Shown here: one piece after another, positions 1 through 15,000 of the stretch | Layout of the letters: each line of letters begins with the position of its first letter | Position numbering within the stretch: position 1 is the first letter of the stretch | Source: Paragordius varius | Lineage: Eukaryota > Animalia > Nematomorpha | Direction: 5' to 3' | DNA: 64,000 nucleotides | NCBI GenBank assembly: GCA_964247055.1 | Contig: OZ176053.1 | Location: 10,788,001-10,852,000 of the forward strand | Notes under the pieces: generated by a model | Databases searched by the model: none | Told to the model about the DNA's origin: nothing | What the model saw: the letters and a program-made list of their open reading frames with translations, nothing else | Position numbers and translations under genes: made by a program

Positions 1-803
1 ATGGCAAAAATTTGCACATTTACATTAATGAACCGAAACAACTTTTTCACTAAATTTTATTTAGATATTTTGGATTAGTTATATAATGTTTATAGGATAG
101 TAGCATATATTTGAATTGGGACCGTTACTTTTGGTAGTTTTATATTCAACCTTTATATATTTTGAAGTATTTATATCCAATTTGAATCAAATTGTTACAA
201 TAATTTGAAGAACGAAAGTATTTAAAATAAATATTAACTTTGTAAACACATTTTAAAATTTACCTATTTTAAAATTATTTATAAAATTTTCTTGGAACAT
301 TAAATAGCCTATAGTCGCTAATATAATATCAGTAAAAAGATTGAAGGATATTATCACACAACAGTAAATTATATGAGTAAAATTTTTCATCATAAAAATC
401 ATTAACTATTCACAATTTTACGTATCTATCCTTTAAAGATTTTTTATATCTGTAATTCTGCCCCCTCACTATTGTAATATATAAAATTAACTATTGCACC
501 TCAGATATATAAAGCAAAATGTATTTTTTATACATTTAATAAATTTTAATATATTAGATACCTTTTGTAATTAATAGTATTGACTATCAAATATATGAGT
601 GCATTTGTTATTTATACAAAGTGACAAGTTTATAATTATTATTTAGATCAGATTAATCAAAAACTAAATGCTATGAATGTATATTATGTGTTCATGATTT
701 GCAGTACAAACATTAAAAAATTCGATGCGATGCTTAGGTATATCACATAACATAATCATAATTGTTATCTTAAAACGCTAGGAATTATTTTTTACGCGTA
801 TCG

Positions 804-3800
804 TTATAATTTAGCTTCCTCTGTTTCTGTAGGTAAACTTTGTGAATCCAACTGTTCATTAGGATCAAGATGCTGGGATTTTGGGGCATTGGAATGTGTA
901 TTTATATAAGATCTGTATGTAAATACACATATTATTCAAAATCATTTATATTTTATTAAGCAAATAATACCGTATTTCATGAGTATTAGGTAATGATTCG
1001 TCTATGTTTTGTGAAGAACCGTGTAATGGAAAATTTTTGATCATAGCTGGAGTAGGGATTGGGCTATCAACATCTGTTTTCTCCATATCTTTTATCGAGA
1101 ACTTATGTTTTAACAAATTTCCCAAATCGGTGGATAATTGTTTAAGGGGTGCCATAGTTCCCGTACCGATACTATCTTTTTTGGCCATAAACTTATTTGA
1201 AACCTATGGAGAAAATTAATTTATTCCATTTTTATAATTGTATGAGTAAATGAGTAGGCTATTTAACTTCATTAATTACAAGTAACCAGATATAGCATAA
1301 ATATATGATAGAATTAAAACATCTTAATAATGTGACATATTATTAATTCAAAATAATATTTTGGATTTACTCATTCAAAAATTTAAGTACAAAGCTTACT
1401 GAAAAAATACACTAACTTCTGTTGGCAAAAAACCTGGTATTGTATCATCGTATTAAAACATTCATAACTTAAAATATTAATTTGTTTACGGATTGGAAAA
1501 ATATTCAATACTAAAATTAAATAAGGTTTTTGGGGGTTAAATAAGAGATTTAAATCATTCATGGAAATCGCCATAAAACAAACGCAAATATATAATGCGC
1601 ATAACAATAATTACTTGTTCTGATTGTGATGTATTGGAAGTGGCACGAGATCTGATATCTGCAGAAATGGTAGCCGCAGTTTTCATTTCTAAAAATTAAC
1701 CATTTTATATTTTAAATTTTTTGAACTAAATTCCTAAAAATTATTATTAATGAAAACATCAAAATTTATTGTTAGCCATTTGTGCAAAAAAATACTTTGC
1801 AATTTTTGTAACTGATTAAACTTGTCGCTAATGAATGTATCATCCTCATCGTCTAAACCATCTTTTGAATGGGTTTCTAAAGCATTAAAAAGTGTTCACT
1901 GATTAATGGCAAGCAGTTAAACATAATCTAATCTAATTTAATTTAAACAAAATAGTGCCCAAATAAGTAAAAAGAAACTCAAACCATTCAACTTTTCATC
2001 AATTGCATTTGTCAAGTTAGAAGCACTGGCAGTTGTATGATAAGATATGCCTGAAGGTCGGTCACTTAACTCCACATTTTTGTTTGGAAACGAAATTTGA
2101 TTATCCTTTTGTAATGCTTGTTCGATTGGGGTTGTATCAGAGACTGGGTTTTCTGTTAATTTTATTTTTGGTTATTTAACTATTCTAATCAAAATATTTT
2201 TTACAAGACACAAAAAGGTAAAACCTGTAAGCGATGTTTTTTTAATTTTTGCCAGAAGAGTTGGATAGTCATCAGTTTTGTGATCATCAATAATTTGACT
2301 TTTACCATCTTGATCAGATTCAAGTTCCTGGGAACTATCAGAAAATGATGAATGGTATGATTCTATATCGGCATTTTGTTCATTTATATTATTTACTGGC
2401 AGCACAGGATGTAATTGTTTAGCTTTTTCCATGTTTTGGTTTAAACCTGGTGAAACCAATGCATGAGAATGACGTTTAGCTTTAGATCCACTGTATATAT
2501 CTGATATATTTAAAATATTATTGGGTTAAAAAACATTTCGATATCAATAATAAGTATTGATAAACTTATGAAACTTTGACTTAACAAAATTTTGGACCAT
2601 GCGAAGGGAAAACATCCCTTATGCTATCTATAACAATATAAAATTAAACGATTGTTTCTATGAGTTTAATTCAATACATTATATTTTTGGTTGCTTGCTA
2701 TTATCGGAAACATTGTTTATCAATCATCGAAAATTAATAAAAAGAGCAACAAAATATTTATATTCTATATTAAATTCGGCATAAAGTCTCCAATATAAAA
2801 ATAGAGTGAAATATAATTATAAAAGTTGATAATTAATAAACTTAGCTTACCATATGCGTCAATAGTAGCATAACACAATAAACTCATTTTTCGCAAAAAG
2901 AGGTAAAAAATAATTTACGTACAATTTGGTCATTCATATATAACATAACATAAATATGAAAAATTGCATGATAATCTAATATTACCTAGTAATTTTGGCT
3001 TTTTCTTTTTAATTTTAAACTTTTTTAATTTATCTTTCTTATCAATAATCGAGTGTTGTTTGTCATCAGTGGTGGAGGCAGTCGTTAACATATCTTCTGG
3101 TTCAGATTCAATAGACAATATATTTTTCTGCTTTTTCTCTGATATGATAATTAAAAAAAATAATTATATATCATATAAATAAGATAAAAATAAATATATT
3201 ACTATCCAACCCATCATCAAGCTTTTCAAATTCTTCCTTTACCTAAAACATTAATAAGATAGCAGCATTATATGGTAAACATATTTTAAATATTAATAAA
3301 TAGTGTCACTATGCAGCTCAGTGGGTGCATGAGGCAATACAGATAATCTGTATGGCCCACAAAGAATTAAAATATCAAATAAATAGAAAAATCCTAATTC
3401 GCAAAAATATTGCCATTAACAAAATAAATCGTAGTAAAATTGATATTTATCAAAGCATTTCTGAATACTTATGAAATTTTGGCAACAAACTAAAAAATGG
3501 ATTAAAAATTGTTTAAATATTATGTTTCTAAATAAATATTTATTAAGGTCCATATATTTTTTGAACGCGGCCCACTGGAGTTTTTGAGTTAAAAATGCAA
3601 CGAAGCCATTTTTGTTGGAATATCCCTGATATAGAATCACGTATGATATTGATGCGTAAACTAATTATTTAATGTTTCATATATCAAATAATTATTTATG
3701 CATTATGCCACTCTAATCCATTAAATAATTATGCCCATTATACCATTATCACTGGTCAGTCCTAAGCAGACGAATGTTAAAAATTACATAAGTCTTATAA

Positions 3801-6800
3801 TACATTTCTTAAGTTAATATAGGAAAAAATAACTCACGTTTGCTAAAGCATTGTCAAAAAATAATTTTATTTTTCGCGTAGCTGCTTTCCGTTCCTCGGG
3901 TGAACCAAACAAATCTGGTTTAACATTGTTGGAAAGGGATGTTTCCGACGGAACTATTTTTGAAGTTTCATGCGAAGTAATTCCACCAGGTGGTTCATTA
4001 TTAAGTTTTACTGTATTTTCTAAGGTAACGTGATCTTTTGATGATGCTTTTTCACTAGTTTTGGATATTTTATACTTTTTCCCGGAGCTAATGAATCAAG
4101 TGTCATAAATTTATTAAATATTATTTGAAAAGAAAACAAGGCTAATGTAGAATATTTAAATAAATATTTAACATAATGGAATTTATTTGTAATATATAGG
4201 ACTGTACAATATATATTAAAAATAAAATATGTTTATTTGGCTATATTCCAGTTTTAAATTTCGACACTTTTTAAAGGGCAAAATATATAGGCGTTTTTTC
4301 ACTTTTCTATCGGTTTAATAAAAGCCAAATTATATCTAATAACTTCATTATTACCAAATTATATTAAAAAAAACTACCTAAATTAGTATGTATTGAAAAA
4401 ACTTTTATCAATAAATAAAACACTTCGATAAGCTAACCTCTCTGTATCTGATTTCGGTAAAGCAAGATGTTCTTTATTTTGTTTTTCGCTCTCATCATCA
4501 TCAGAAATAATGGGCTTGATTGAAGGTTGTTCCATTTGTTTTCCTATCGCTTTATCCAAGTCTGTAATATTAGCCACCTCCTGATTAGCGGAAACTTTAG
4601 GAATTATAGAAAAAAGCAATATTTATAATAATTAGTTTTTAAAAATTATATGTAATTTAATCAATAAAATATCATAAAATACGCTAAATATAAAAATGTT
4701 GATGCAAAGAAGTTATAAAATGTCAATAAAAAATTAATTAAACCATTTTTCGATTCTTCTTTTAGTTCATTCAAATCATGATCAACATGTTTGTTAGAGA
4801 GAGTGTTGACAGCCAATTTTTTACGGAGTAACTTGGATAAATCGTTGACTTTATTTGTCATATCCGATTTGATTGTTTCTTTTTCTATTAACAAACACAA
4901 CCAATGTAGTAAAACAATTTTAAATAAAATTGATTGCAACATCCATTGTATTTGTCGAAAAATTCAAATCCAATTTGAAAAAAATTATATATAGAGTAAT
5001 TATTTTAAGTCATACTTTGTTTATTAGATGGTCCTTGTACTTGATCATCTTCATATTCACTAGATAAATTATGTTGTGATGTTTCTAAACCACTAAGGGC
5101 TGATTTAAATTTTTTCAGTTTTGCATGCTTTTTATCAACTTTAGGACTTTTATTTACATTGTCTTTTGTCTCTGAAATGGATTGTTGTTGTGGATTTGGA
5201 GATAGTGGAGGAAGCGATGGTTTTATGTTAGGCATTTCCAATTTACCCTCATGGAAAATATCTAACCAAGGTTCAAAACCTTCCAAATCAGGATCCTTCT
5301 CTATTTATTATGATGTAATAATAATTAATTTAAAGTAAATCTGTGTTGTTATTACAAATATTTAATTTTTCGCATAGCACTAACACTTGCTTAAAATTAA
5401 TGGTATCTAATGAAAACACATATTCTCTTTCAACGTAACACCCCTTGATAAAAACATTACCAATTTTATTCTGGATTGCAGGCTGTTTTTTGGAAGTTTT
5501 ATCTCGACTAATCTTTTTAATCATGTCAGCGGCACTCCCTGCCCCGTATCGTTTTTTCTTTTCTTTGGGCAAAGGTGATGGTGATAGTGTTCTTAGATCA
5601 TTGTCTAAAACAATATATTGAAGATTGATAATTTTACAATTGTATAATTTATATTTTTAACAATTTTTATCGAATCGTAAAAGTAGCGAATATCCTATAT
5701 ATATATATAACCAATTAGAAGGAAGGATTTTTGCTTTACATTATCATAATTTTAGCTATACGTTCATAATAATGATGAGTCAAATATTTAATATATTTAA
5801 TGCAATAACTTTCATTCGGTTTATTATATACAATAATTTAATAAACTATATTTTAAAATTTTATAGAAAAATTTTATTAAAATATTCATATATATCATTA
5901 TAATATTTCAAAAGGAATAATTAAAAATAACCTTCTCTTTGTAATAAATAATTGCATGCCCAGACTCAAATTTCTTTGGACAAAGAAGAAATCGTTTTAA
6001 TACCAGAAATTGTTACAAACATTATATCCATTCCAAATAAATGTAATATTTAAATAAGAAAATTACCTTTATTCGCAGCAGTATTGGTGGAGGTTGATTG
6101 GAAACCTTCCTTTAATTCCCGCAAAAATTTATCAGTAAAAGCTGAAACTTTTGAAGGTAGTTCGCCAGCCTCGTCTTCATCACTACCAAGGACATGAGCT
6201 GATGAAGACGCGCCATGTTTCAGTTTAAGTTTACTTTTTTTCTTTTTCTTTCTAAAGCGTAACTTTGGTGATTTGGATCCTGAAACGAATAGAAATGTTA
6301 GATTATCTTCATAAGGACCAATTATAAATTCGAAAATGGAAATATGGTAATATCCAACGGCTTTTACGTAAAATACGCTATATATAAAACAGAATCGTTC
6401 TTGGTTCCAATCAGATATTCTGTCCTTAATTCTGGTTAAAAATATAAAACGGTTTCTACCGGTCCCAAACGATGGCGGTTGTTTTTTGGCCATTGTGTTT
6501 TAGTTTAAAATGAAGTTATACAGAATTCTATTATTTTTGTTAATATATAACTAAATTGTATAAATTACAATATTCGTTTGTATCCTTTCCATGGAAAAAG
6601 GTGTAATCAAAATTAAAAATGAATGTTTTTAAAGCCGTTAATGATTCCGGCTTTTTAATAATAAATCAAATTTGAGCAAACAATCTATTATTAACCTTTA
6701 TCGATTTGAGTAGCGTTTTGAAGTTGAGTTTCCTCTATATCACCATCAAAATCGGAATGATAACAAGTGTGTTGGTCATCAGCATCAAAAAGCTCCTGCC

Positions 6801-8452
6801 CGCGTTCAAACTTATCTTTCGTTTCTAAGTCTGAAAATTTAAAATATAAATGTTATGTTAACACGTTACTACAATGATATTTAGGTTATTTTATCAGCAT
6901 TTGCGATTAAAAATAAAGACAAGGCAAGAAAATACCGTCTTTGGAATGTTGCTTTGTTCGCATGTGTTTCTCGGCATCAATAATGTTTTTATTATAGGGG
7001 TGAAACTCTTTCAACAATTTACTTTTAACCTGTTCGAGTTTGCGTTTAATTTTGACATTACTGGTAGTTTTTGCACCGATTTCCGAACTACCTATTGGTC
7101 CTATTGCCGCCATAATATTTTCTTTATTATGCAAGACGGTAGCTGAAGTATGGGTATTTTCAGCCGGTTCATTTTTATTAATATTTTTCGTGTGCTGAGT
7201 TTTAACTTCGGAAGGATGACCAGAGATAGATTGCGATTTAGGATATGATTTCATTACGTGCATAGCAGTTTCATCATCTAAGGAAAATTATATTAAGAAG
7301 ATAAGGCATAAATATGAGAAATTGTTAAAAACTCATAGTAGAGCCGAAATTAAGTATGTATTTTAAGAGTAACAATATTTGTGTCTAGAATTTTTAGGTA
7401 AAAAAATACGATTAAGCTCTTATTCAAATTTGTTTAAGGAAAAAGAATTATAAAATTAGGAGAACATCCTTTAACTTGGCACTTTAATTGATAAAAACAT
7501 TATTTAACATATTTCATACCTTGCCTTTTCAATATTTACTGTACTTGACTGGATGAAAATTGTGATATATAATAAACAAAATTAATTTATTATATTATAA
7601 ATTTTTAAAAGGAAATAAAAGATAAAAACCATAAAACTGATTAATACCTGAATCATAAATATTTTTATGGGAAGACACACGACTAGTAGGATGAGAAGTT
7701 GTTAAATTAGTAGCACCAGTAGCCAGTATATGTTTAGGGATAATTGCAGTTGAGAATGAGCTAAAAACATAACAAGAAAATATTTTTATTATGTTTAAAA
7801 TTAATAGATTTACGGAAAAGTGGTAAAAAATTTAAAAAAGATATATTACAAACAAAATAAAAAATTAATTAAACCTTAAATAAAAGCATAGCTTTTAATA
7901 ATATTAAAAAACGATAAATTTAATTTTTATGTAATCTGTTAGTGTATTATAAAAATTAATATTAGTGGTATTTTTGAAGTGCTTTAAGGAATACTATATC
8001 AGTTGTTATGGACGAACAATAATAATTAAGAAGTTATAAGATCCTCCAAAAACTTCTTAAATTTATTTTAAAAAATGTCGCAGTAATATATACAAATTAA
8101 ATCTCGCTATTTTTATAAATAAAATAAAATAAGTGTTAAAATATGTAATATTCAAAATTTAACCGTTTTGCTTCATGATGATGATGAGTGACTGAAGTTG
8201 GCTTCTCTAAAAGGGTACGATCTAATTGAGAAGGCGAGGTAGCGGTATGTGGAAATTCTTGTAACTCAATATCTAACAATATTTTGGATAAATGTATGAT
8301 TCTTGTAATAAAAATATTATAATGCAATAATTTTTCGGATTAATCAATGTTTGCCCAACAAAGTATTATTACTTTTTATAATTTTACATTATAAACGAAA
8401 AATTTACTTTCGAGTGGAACGTTTTTTTCTTTAGTGATTGACTCACCAGATT
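804..8452 (-). CDS. 19 exons encoding about 1,020 aa of Lys/Ser/Asp/Glu-rich, probably disordered sequence with no recognisable domain; most likely the C-terminal extension of the hyccin gene
   Basis: Exons 8408-8452, 8164-8272, 7648-7760, 6936-7277, 6696-6830, 6067-6279, 5461-5604, 5016-5300, 4744-4884, 4438-4594, 3838-4087, 3203-3242, 2986-3138, 2225-2500, 1985-2152, 1796-1876, 1615-1688, 971-1203, 804-912. All are bounded by AG/GT with matching phases and one open frame ending ...TETEEAKL-TAA. Several track ORFs (946, 2172, 2930, 4383, 4661, 5005, 5330, 6050, 6907, 8136) overlap these exons in frame. Confidence 0.8.
3297..3629 (-). mobile_element. Degenerate hAT-type MITE in an intron
   Basis: The right end reads CAGGGATATTCCAAC...GTGGGCCGCGTTCAA on the minus strand, like the GGGCCGC-containing ends of the hAT elements at 45172 and 51128. 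The left end is eroded and no TSD was found. Confidence 0.35.
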
Positions 8453-9069
8453 CTAAACATGATTATAATAATAATATATAAGAAATATATTTTTTTCTCA
8501 TTTAGGAATGCGCAAGTATATTCAGACCACATTTTCTTAACTCCTTAGTTATTAACACAGTATGGTTTCCTCAATTAGGGGAAAACAACATGGCACATTT
8601 ATGCATCATAACCCTTTTTGAAAAGATATTTATAAAATTAAATTAATATTTATTTTTTAACAATTTTATATTCTATAGTTGAAATAATAATAATTAAATT
8701 TATAATTATATTTTGGTCATTATGCGGGTTCCATGCCATTAAACTAGTATGTGGGAGGGTATATTCTGAACTTTAACGAATATAGTTTAAAAACTAAAAT
8801 CTAATTTGAAAAAGAACAATGAAAAATGATAATTAGTTTATGGGCTCTGTTTATTTAGAAAGGATCATTCTGAGGAATGGTCATCCCAATGGGTATATTT
8901 CAAACCAAACTTATCATTTTAATATCTAACGAATCGAAATATACATATGGCACACAAGTATTTATATCAGATCATTGGCTAATTTCCTCTTAATCCCTCA
9001 GAAATATAAAAATATCACCTTTAAACCAAATATTTATAGGACACAAAATATTGTATAAAAGACACTAAC

Positions 9070-12000
9070 TTTCAATAGGTCCCAATCCACCTACACCCAC
9101 ACTTTCTGGCATTGTGTGAGACACGGGGATTGGATTTGATAGGGAAGAAAATGCTTTTGACCAAAACTTGGCAGCTCCCTGTGGTAAAAATGAGGTAAAA
9201 GCGGCCATCGTATCATGACTAAGCCCTCCTCCCCCTCCTCCACTACTGGGATGTGTTTGTTGAACTGCGGAGGCTGTTGGATTGAAACCCATGTTATGGA
9301 AAACGTCTTTAAAGAGCTTTGCTGTGATAGGACTAGCAACCGGGGATAGGGGTCCATGGTGCTGGTGCGTCTACAATTAATGAAAGGAATATGTAAAGAG
9401 TGAAATATATTGGCGTTAATTTTTGTAAAGTTTAAAATAGAATTGAGATGATTAAAAACATGATTATAAGAGCTGGAAGGAGGATAAATCTGTATATTTT
9501 AGGTAGAAATATCCGTAATTATAGAAAGAGTAAGGTTTATAAAAACAGAAAAGCTATACCGATTCCTATAATTTAAGCAGAATCAGGTTCCGATAGGTTT
9601 AAACCAACCTATTTTCGTTCTAATTTTCAAGACCCATCACTACTTTTAATATCAATTGTTTCTCCGGTTTTCTATTTTTATAAACCAAACCCGGGAACGG
9701 TTTCAACATTTCAATGAGCCCTGGTTCTGGGATATTAACATTCTTACACTGAGTCCTTTATTTTGATCAATAAAACGGTGATCAGAAGTTGTGAATATTC
9801 ATAGCATTCAATGAGCTTAAAGTTAAAGTTTACCATTTATAGAATGCGGTCCCCCAAAAACAAAAACGATACGATTGTTGTGATAATAAAAATGCATAGT
9901 GCTTAAGAAAACAATATCCGTTTTTTAACCTTTTTATCCAGGGAGATTTCATCTTTGGTTGTAGGTGTTGGAGATTCGGCATTTTTATGATGTCCGGCAG
10001 TTACTGGAGGTAATAAGGGTGATATATCCTCTAAAATCATAAAACATAAAATATATTATTTTTATGTGCTTCCATGGTCAAACATCTTATTGTACGATTT
10101 AACAAATTTTACCAAGATTTGTATTGGGTAAATATAATAAATCCTGTTTAAATAAATAAAATTTACACTTTAGATTTGTTAGTTTTTTTACTTTTATAAA
10201 AGATAAGGTAAATATTGCAATTATCCACCAATTTATAGTGTATAAAATCAAAAAATTACCTGGCAATTTTTGCAGTTTAAACGTGGCATTTGTTATGGCA
10301 TTTTTGGAGGCCCGCGTCAATGGTACGCATGAAAGGTATAATGCTAACGGAGAATTAAGGGAAAGTCGTTGAAGTAATTCAGCATTTTCACGTAGAACGG
10401 CTTCAGAAATAAGGTCAGGGGACGTATGATCTACTTGAATACCTCTTGCACTCAGTACCTTGTTAATGTGATATAATAGATAAGAAATATAAGAGCAATA
10501 ATATAAATTTTATTATAGGTAAAATAAAATTTGATTCTTGTCATAATAAAAATTTAAATATATTTGCTATCTAAAAAAACTCATGATTAGTTGCAAAATA
10601 TGAATTAGGAATGAAAATTATTAATAGACTCAATTATATAGTCAAATTTCTAATTAATAAGTTTTTGTGTGGGAAAAATCAAGGTATGAAAAATGTATGA
10701 TTGTCTTTTTTACAAAAATATTTGTTATCGTTGTCTATATTAAAATAAATATATTATAATACCTTGTTTAATTCGCTGGCTGATAAAGGTTTGACTGAGG
10801 TGACATCATCTAAATCAAAGCGAGATGGTAAGGCCGAATGACCACGAAGGATTTGTGATAGTGTAGCAGCTGGTGCAACAATCGAATTTCGTATGCAACT
10901 AACCAACTGTTATAATAATAAGCAAAAAAATGTAAAAAGTTTGATTTACTAGTTTTAATAAAAATATTAAATTGTTATAAAAATTTTGATAAAAACCAAT
11001 CAACTGTTATAAATAATATTAAATGAGAATGTTAAAAATGGTAGCAAGTATCTGAAAAAAAGAGAATATAATTAACAAAATATTATAAAATATGCAATGG
11101 TAAAAAAATCAATTATTTGGAGTAATTTTGATGTAACTATCAAAATATTATCAAAAATTATAAAGGTGTTTTGTTCAACCAAAAAATTTATTCTATTTGT
11201 ATTAATAATCTCATTATAATACATCGATTTAAAAAGAACACAGTTTAAGCTTGAATATATTTTTTTCTGGGGATTCATATAAAAAAAAGTGTCATAAGAA
11301 AAATCAATTATATTCAAAACTCTAATTTTCTAATAATTTTAATGTATATTTTTGGTGATGTATAAAAAGGGTATGATTCATGTAAAATCTACTATTTTTT
11401 TTAAATCAATTCTTGTATTTACATCTTATATTTATTTTTAAAAAACTGGTTAAAACCTTCCCAAATTTTTATACAAAACTCCAACTGGTGTTAAAAGATT
11501 ACGGAGAAAAAACAAAATCGAATTGTTGTATAAGTTTGAATTGTTTTACGCCCATATAATAAATAACGCTAAATATTTTACCAATTGCACTTTGGGTAAT
11601 AAAAAATATATTGATCGATTATTGATGGCTTCTAATGCATCCAATGCCAATTCGGAAGCACCATTATATCTATCAAGCAGAAATAAAAAAATATAATTTA
11701 GTATTCGTAAAATGAGAATTAATCGAATTTATTCAAAACTTTATACATATAAAAAGCAATCTGAAAGATAAAAATCATTATTCATACAAGCCAAAAAACA
11801 CAGTCCGTAAATATTGCACTAAAATGTTTTCGGGAAGACATAACCGATTATCGGGACCTGAGACGTGAGGTAATCCAAGCGAATTTATCAAAGAATATTT
11901 TCGATGTTCAAGATGAACTTCTTTGTTAAAATGATCACTACATTGACTAGATATTATAAGAATATATAAAATACAGGATGCATGTAATTATGTTTTACCT

Positions 12001-15000
12001 ATTTTTTGATATAAAGTGAGAAGCATTCGAAAAAAAGTAGTTAATATTACTAGTATAACACATCAGTATTAGAAAAGGCATTTATATGTTTATCTGTATT
12101 CATAAATTCTATGGTAAAAATTAAATTAAATTATCATATTTCATAATGTTTGATCAAAAAAAATAATTTTTTCAAACTGCCACAACAATACCGTTGATAG
12201 GATTGTATATAAAAATGTCAAAATTAAAAAAAATTAAAAAATAATAAAATACCTGGTTATAATTAAACAAGTGAGCTTAAGAGATCTTAACGGTAATTCA
12301 GCCAAAAATTGATTATAAACGTAAAGCAGTGCCGTTAAAAACTTGTATCTAATAAAATATAAAGATTAGTATATGTTTTGAATTTACACAAGTGTTATAC
12401 TATAAATGATTTTAGTAAAAAAATAGGTTGTCGGAAATGTTATATTAAGACAACAATATCAGGGGTCTTTACATAAAGTTTTTTATAATCATACAGTTTA
12501 TAATTAATAAAGTTAAATAATTTTGTGCAAATTATATGGTATGATATTTTGCGCTTCCTTGCAAAAATAAAATAAAAATGGATATATCGGTATAAATAAT
12601 TATATTTTTAAATTTTTAAGGAAATGAAATTCTCATAAATTGTTAAAAGATGAATTCATTAACTTCGATGTTAAAATAATTTTTCTTTACTCAATATATA
12701 ATTAAGTAATAAAAATTATAATACTTTATATCGAAATATTTTCGGTTAAACCTTAAATAAATTAGGGATAGAGAAAAATTGGATTAGAATGTTGAATCAG
12801 TAGGCTAAAATTATTCAAAATTATGATTATTTTTAATTGAAAACGTAAAGGAAACAAAATACATTTGATTACGGATTTAAGTAGAGAATTTGAACCTATA
12901 TAAGAAAATTAAAAATACACGATCAAATTTAGTTTCTTTCAGAGTTTAACATGAATGATTCTCTGCTATTAATTATATTATTTATGCTATCATCAAAGGC
13001 CATAATTGGTCCCTTTTTATAACAAAGTTAGATGTATTAAAAATATTTAAAAATCGATATCTAAAGATATTTATAACTAAGCAAAAATAAAGGTAAAACT
13101 GTCTTGGAACTGGTATGTGATGAAATTGCTGGTGTTAAATTTAATTCGCCATAATATCCAACTTCATGCGTTAAAATAAAAAAGCATTTATACAAATTTT
13201 TATTAAATTTTTTTAAACTAATCCCTTGTTTAAAAAGGGAATAACTCCATTTACTGATTATGATAGTGTTAGGATGTAAACCCTTTAGTTCCAATTTAAT
13301 CACAACATGGGGATTAATGGCAAGCGTTATAATATTTAAATTCATATAATATTTTAATAGTTGATTATGTGGAGCGCAAAAACATTAAATAAAAAACCGT
13401 CCAAAGCAACCAATTAAAATGGCAAAAAATAGGAGAATAATTTTAACATAATGGCAATTAGTCCATACAAATTGAAGGCAAAAGACCTAGAATGATTATT
13501 TTTTTAAAGACAAAAAAGAAAAGGTTTTTGAACCGTGACAAGTGATATAATATGGATAATTACTATTTTTGTATATAAAATTAAAGCTTCTTAATTTTGT
13601 CATAGGTCATTCTATCTATTAGTTGCTTAACACCGAAAAAACCATTAAAAGTTTACCTACCATATGAATATATAATCTTTAACCGTGCAATCAAAGAATG
13701 AAAGAATACATGACGAATAAACCTTAATTATAACGCTAATTGCCTATAAATACTTGGAGGGAATAAAAAACGTATTATTGAGTGCGATTACAAACCCAGG
13801 TGAATGGTACAAATTTCGCCTTTTCTGATATTCCTTTTATGAGGATTGATTCAAAAATTTGCAATATAATTCATTTTTTTAAAAAAACTCAAAATTGGTT
13901 GAGGTCGTTTTAACATACAGATTCATATTTTTTCTTTAATCAATTTTAATAAGAAACATTTAGGATAAACCGTTTCGGCCCCTATTTATACTTTTTATTA
14001 GATATTCTGTGATTTTTTTAATAAAGGCTAAATAAAAAAGCGCACATTATAAGATCCAACCCAATACTTTCGCAATATTTTCATAAATAACTTAACATCT
14101 ATCAATATTTATTATTTACTAATATAATTTAAAATAATTTTATTGCATATAGAAGTTGTAACAACCATATTCTAATATTGTAAAATATATTAAATAGTAC
14201 AATCAAGTTTACAGTTAATTTTTACCTATTTTCAGAGTTAACAAAGGCCAAGGGTTCTGTAGCGAGACTTTGTTCAAATGTTAAGTATTCTGATGATTGG
14301 GAACTTCCCATATAATTTCCCAAAGATGAAACAGTCACACTATTAGCATTCGAAGGACCGGTGTCACTTCGAGTAAATTCCAAAACTGAGGATATTGGAT
14401 AAAATTGAGGCTAAATCCATTATAAAAAATTTGAATACAGAAATGTAACTAAATGTTAGTTTTATAATATATAGAAATCGCAATTTTTAGGATAATTAAG
14501 CACGTTTTTTAACATTGATGATACAATCTTCAAGTAAATTAATAAAAATGACTTTTAAATAAAACCGTAATTTGATTTTTATTGAATAATATAAATTAAT
14601 AAATAATAATAAAATTATTATAAATATTGCTGTATAATTTTCTGGTTAATATTTTTTCCCAAGACTCCATGGTTTTAATCCATATAAAATTAGCAGAATA
14701 AATATTTTATTTTCAAGCTAAAATTTTAATTTTTTTAGTAGCCTCCATAGTGTTATCCATATAAAATTGGCAGAATAATAATTTTATTCGTTAAGCTATA
14801 ATTTGAATTTTTTAGTCATTTTCACATTTAAAATTGAATCTTAGGTATTAAATCTATTGAAAAATAGATTTGACACTTCAAATTTCTACATCTAATTAGG
14901 ATAGAAATATAAATACACATTAATTACTAAAATTTAATTATATTTAGTGTAAGATTATGTAGATATTATCGATTTTTTAATTATTTCACCATTAAATATT

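Noticed and set aside
6280-6493. N-terminal part of the 147-aa ORF at 6050-6493
   Set aside because: Upstream of the acceptor at 6280 it is intronic and overlaps a GGTT-rich repeat remnant.
11761-11787. Possible 27-nt intron GTATGA...CTTTCAG in hyccin
   Set aside because: The conserved YNG exon starts at 11669 with its own acceptor, so the real intron is 118 nt.
13061-13500. 94-aa minus ORF and plus-strand IEGKRPR motif (possible LINE remnant)
   Set aside because: Hyccin exons 6 and 7 join without it; the LINE similarity is one short motif, too weak to call.
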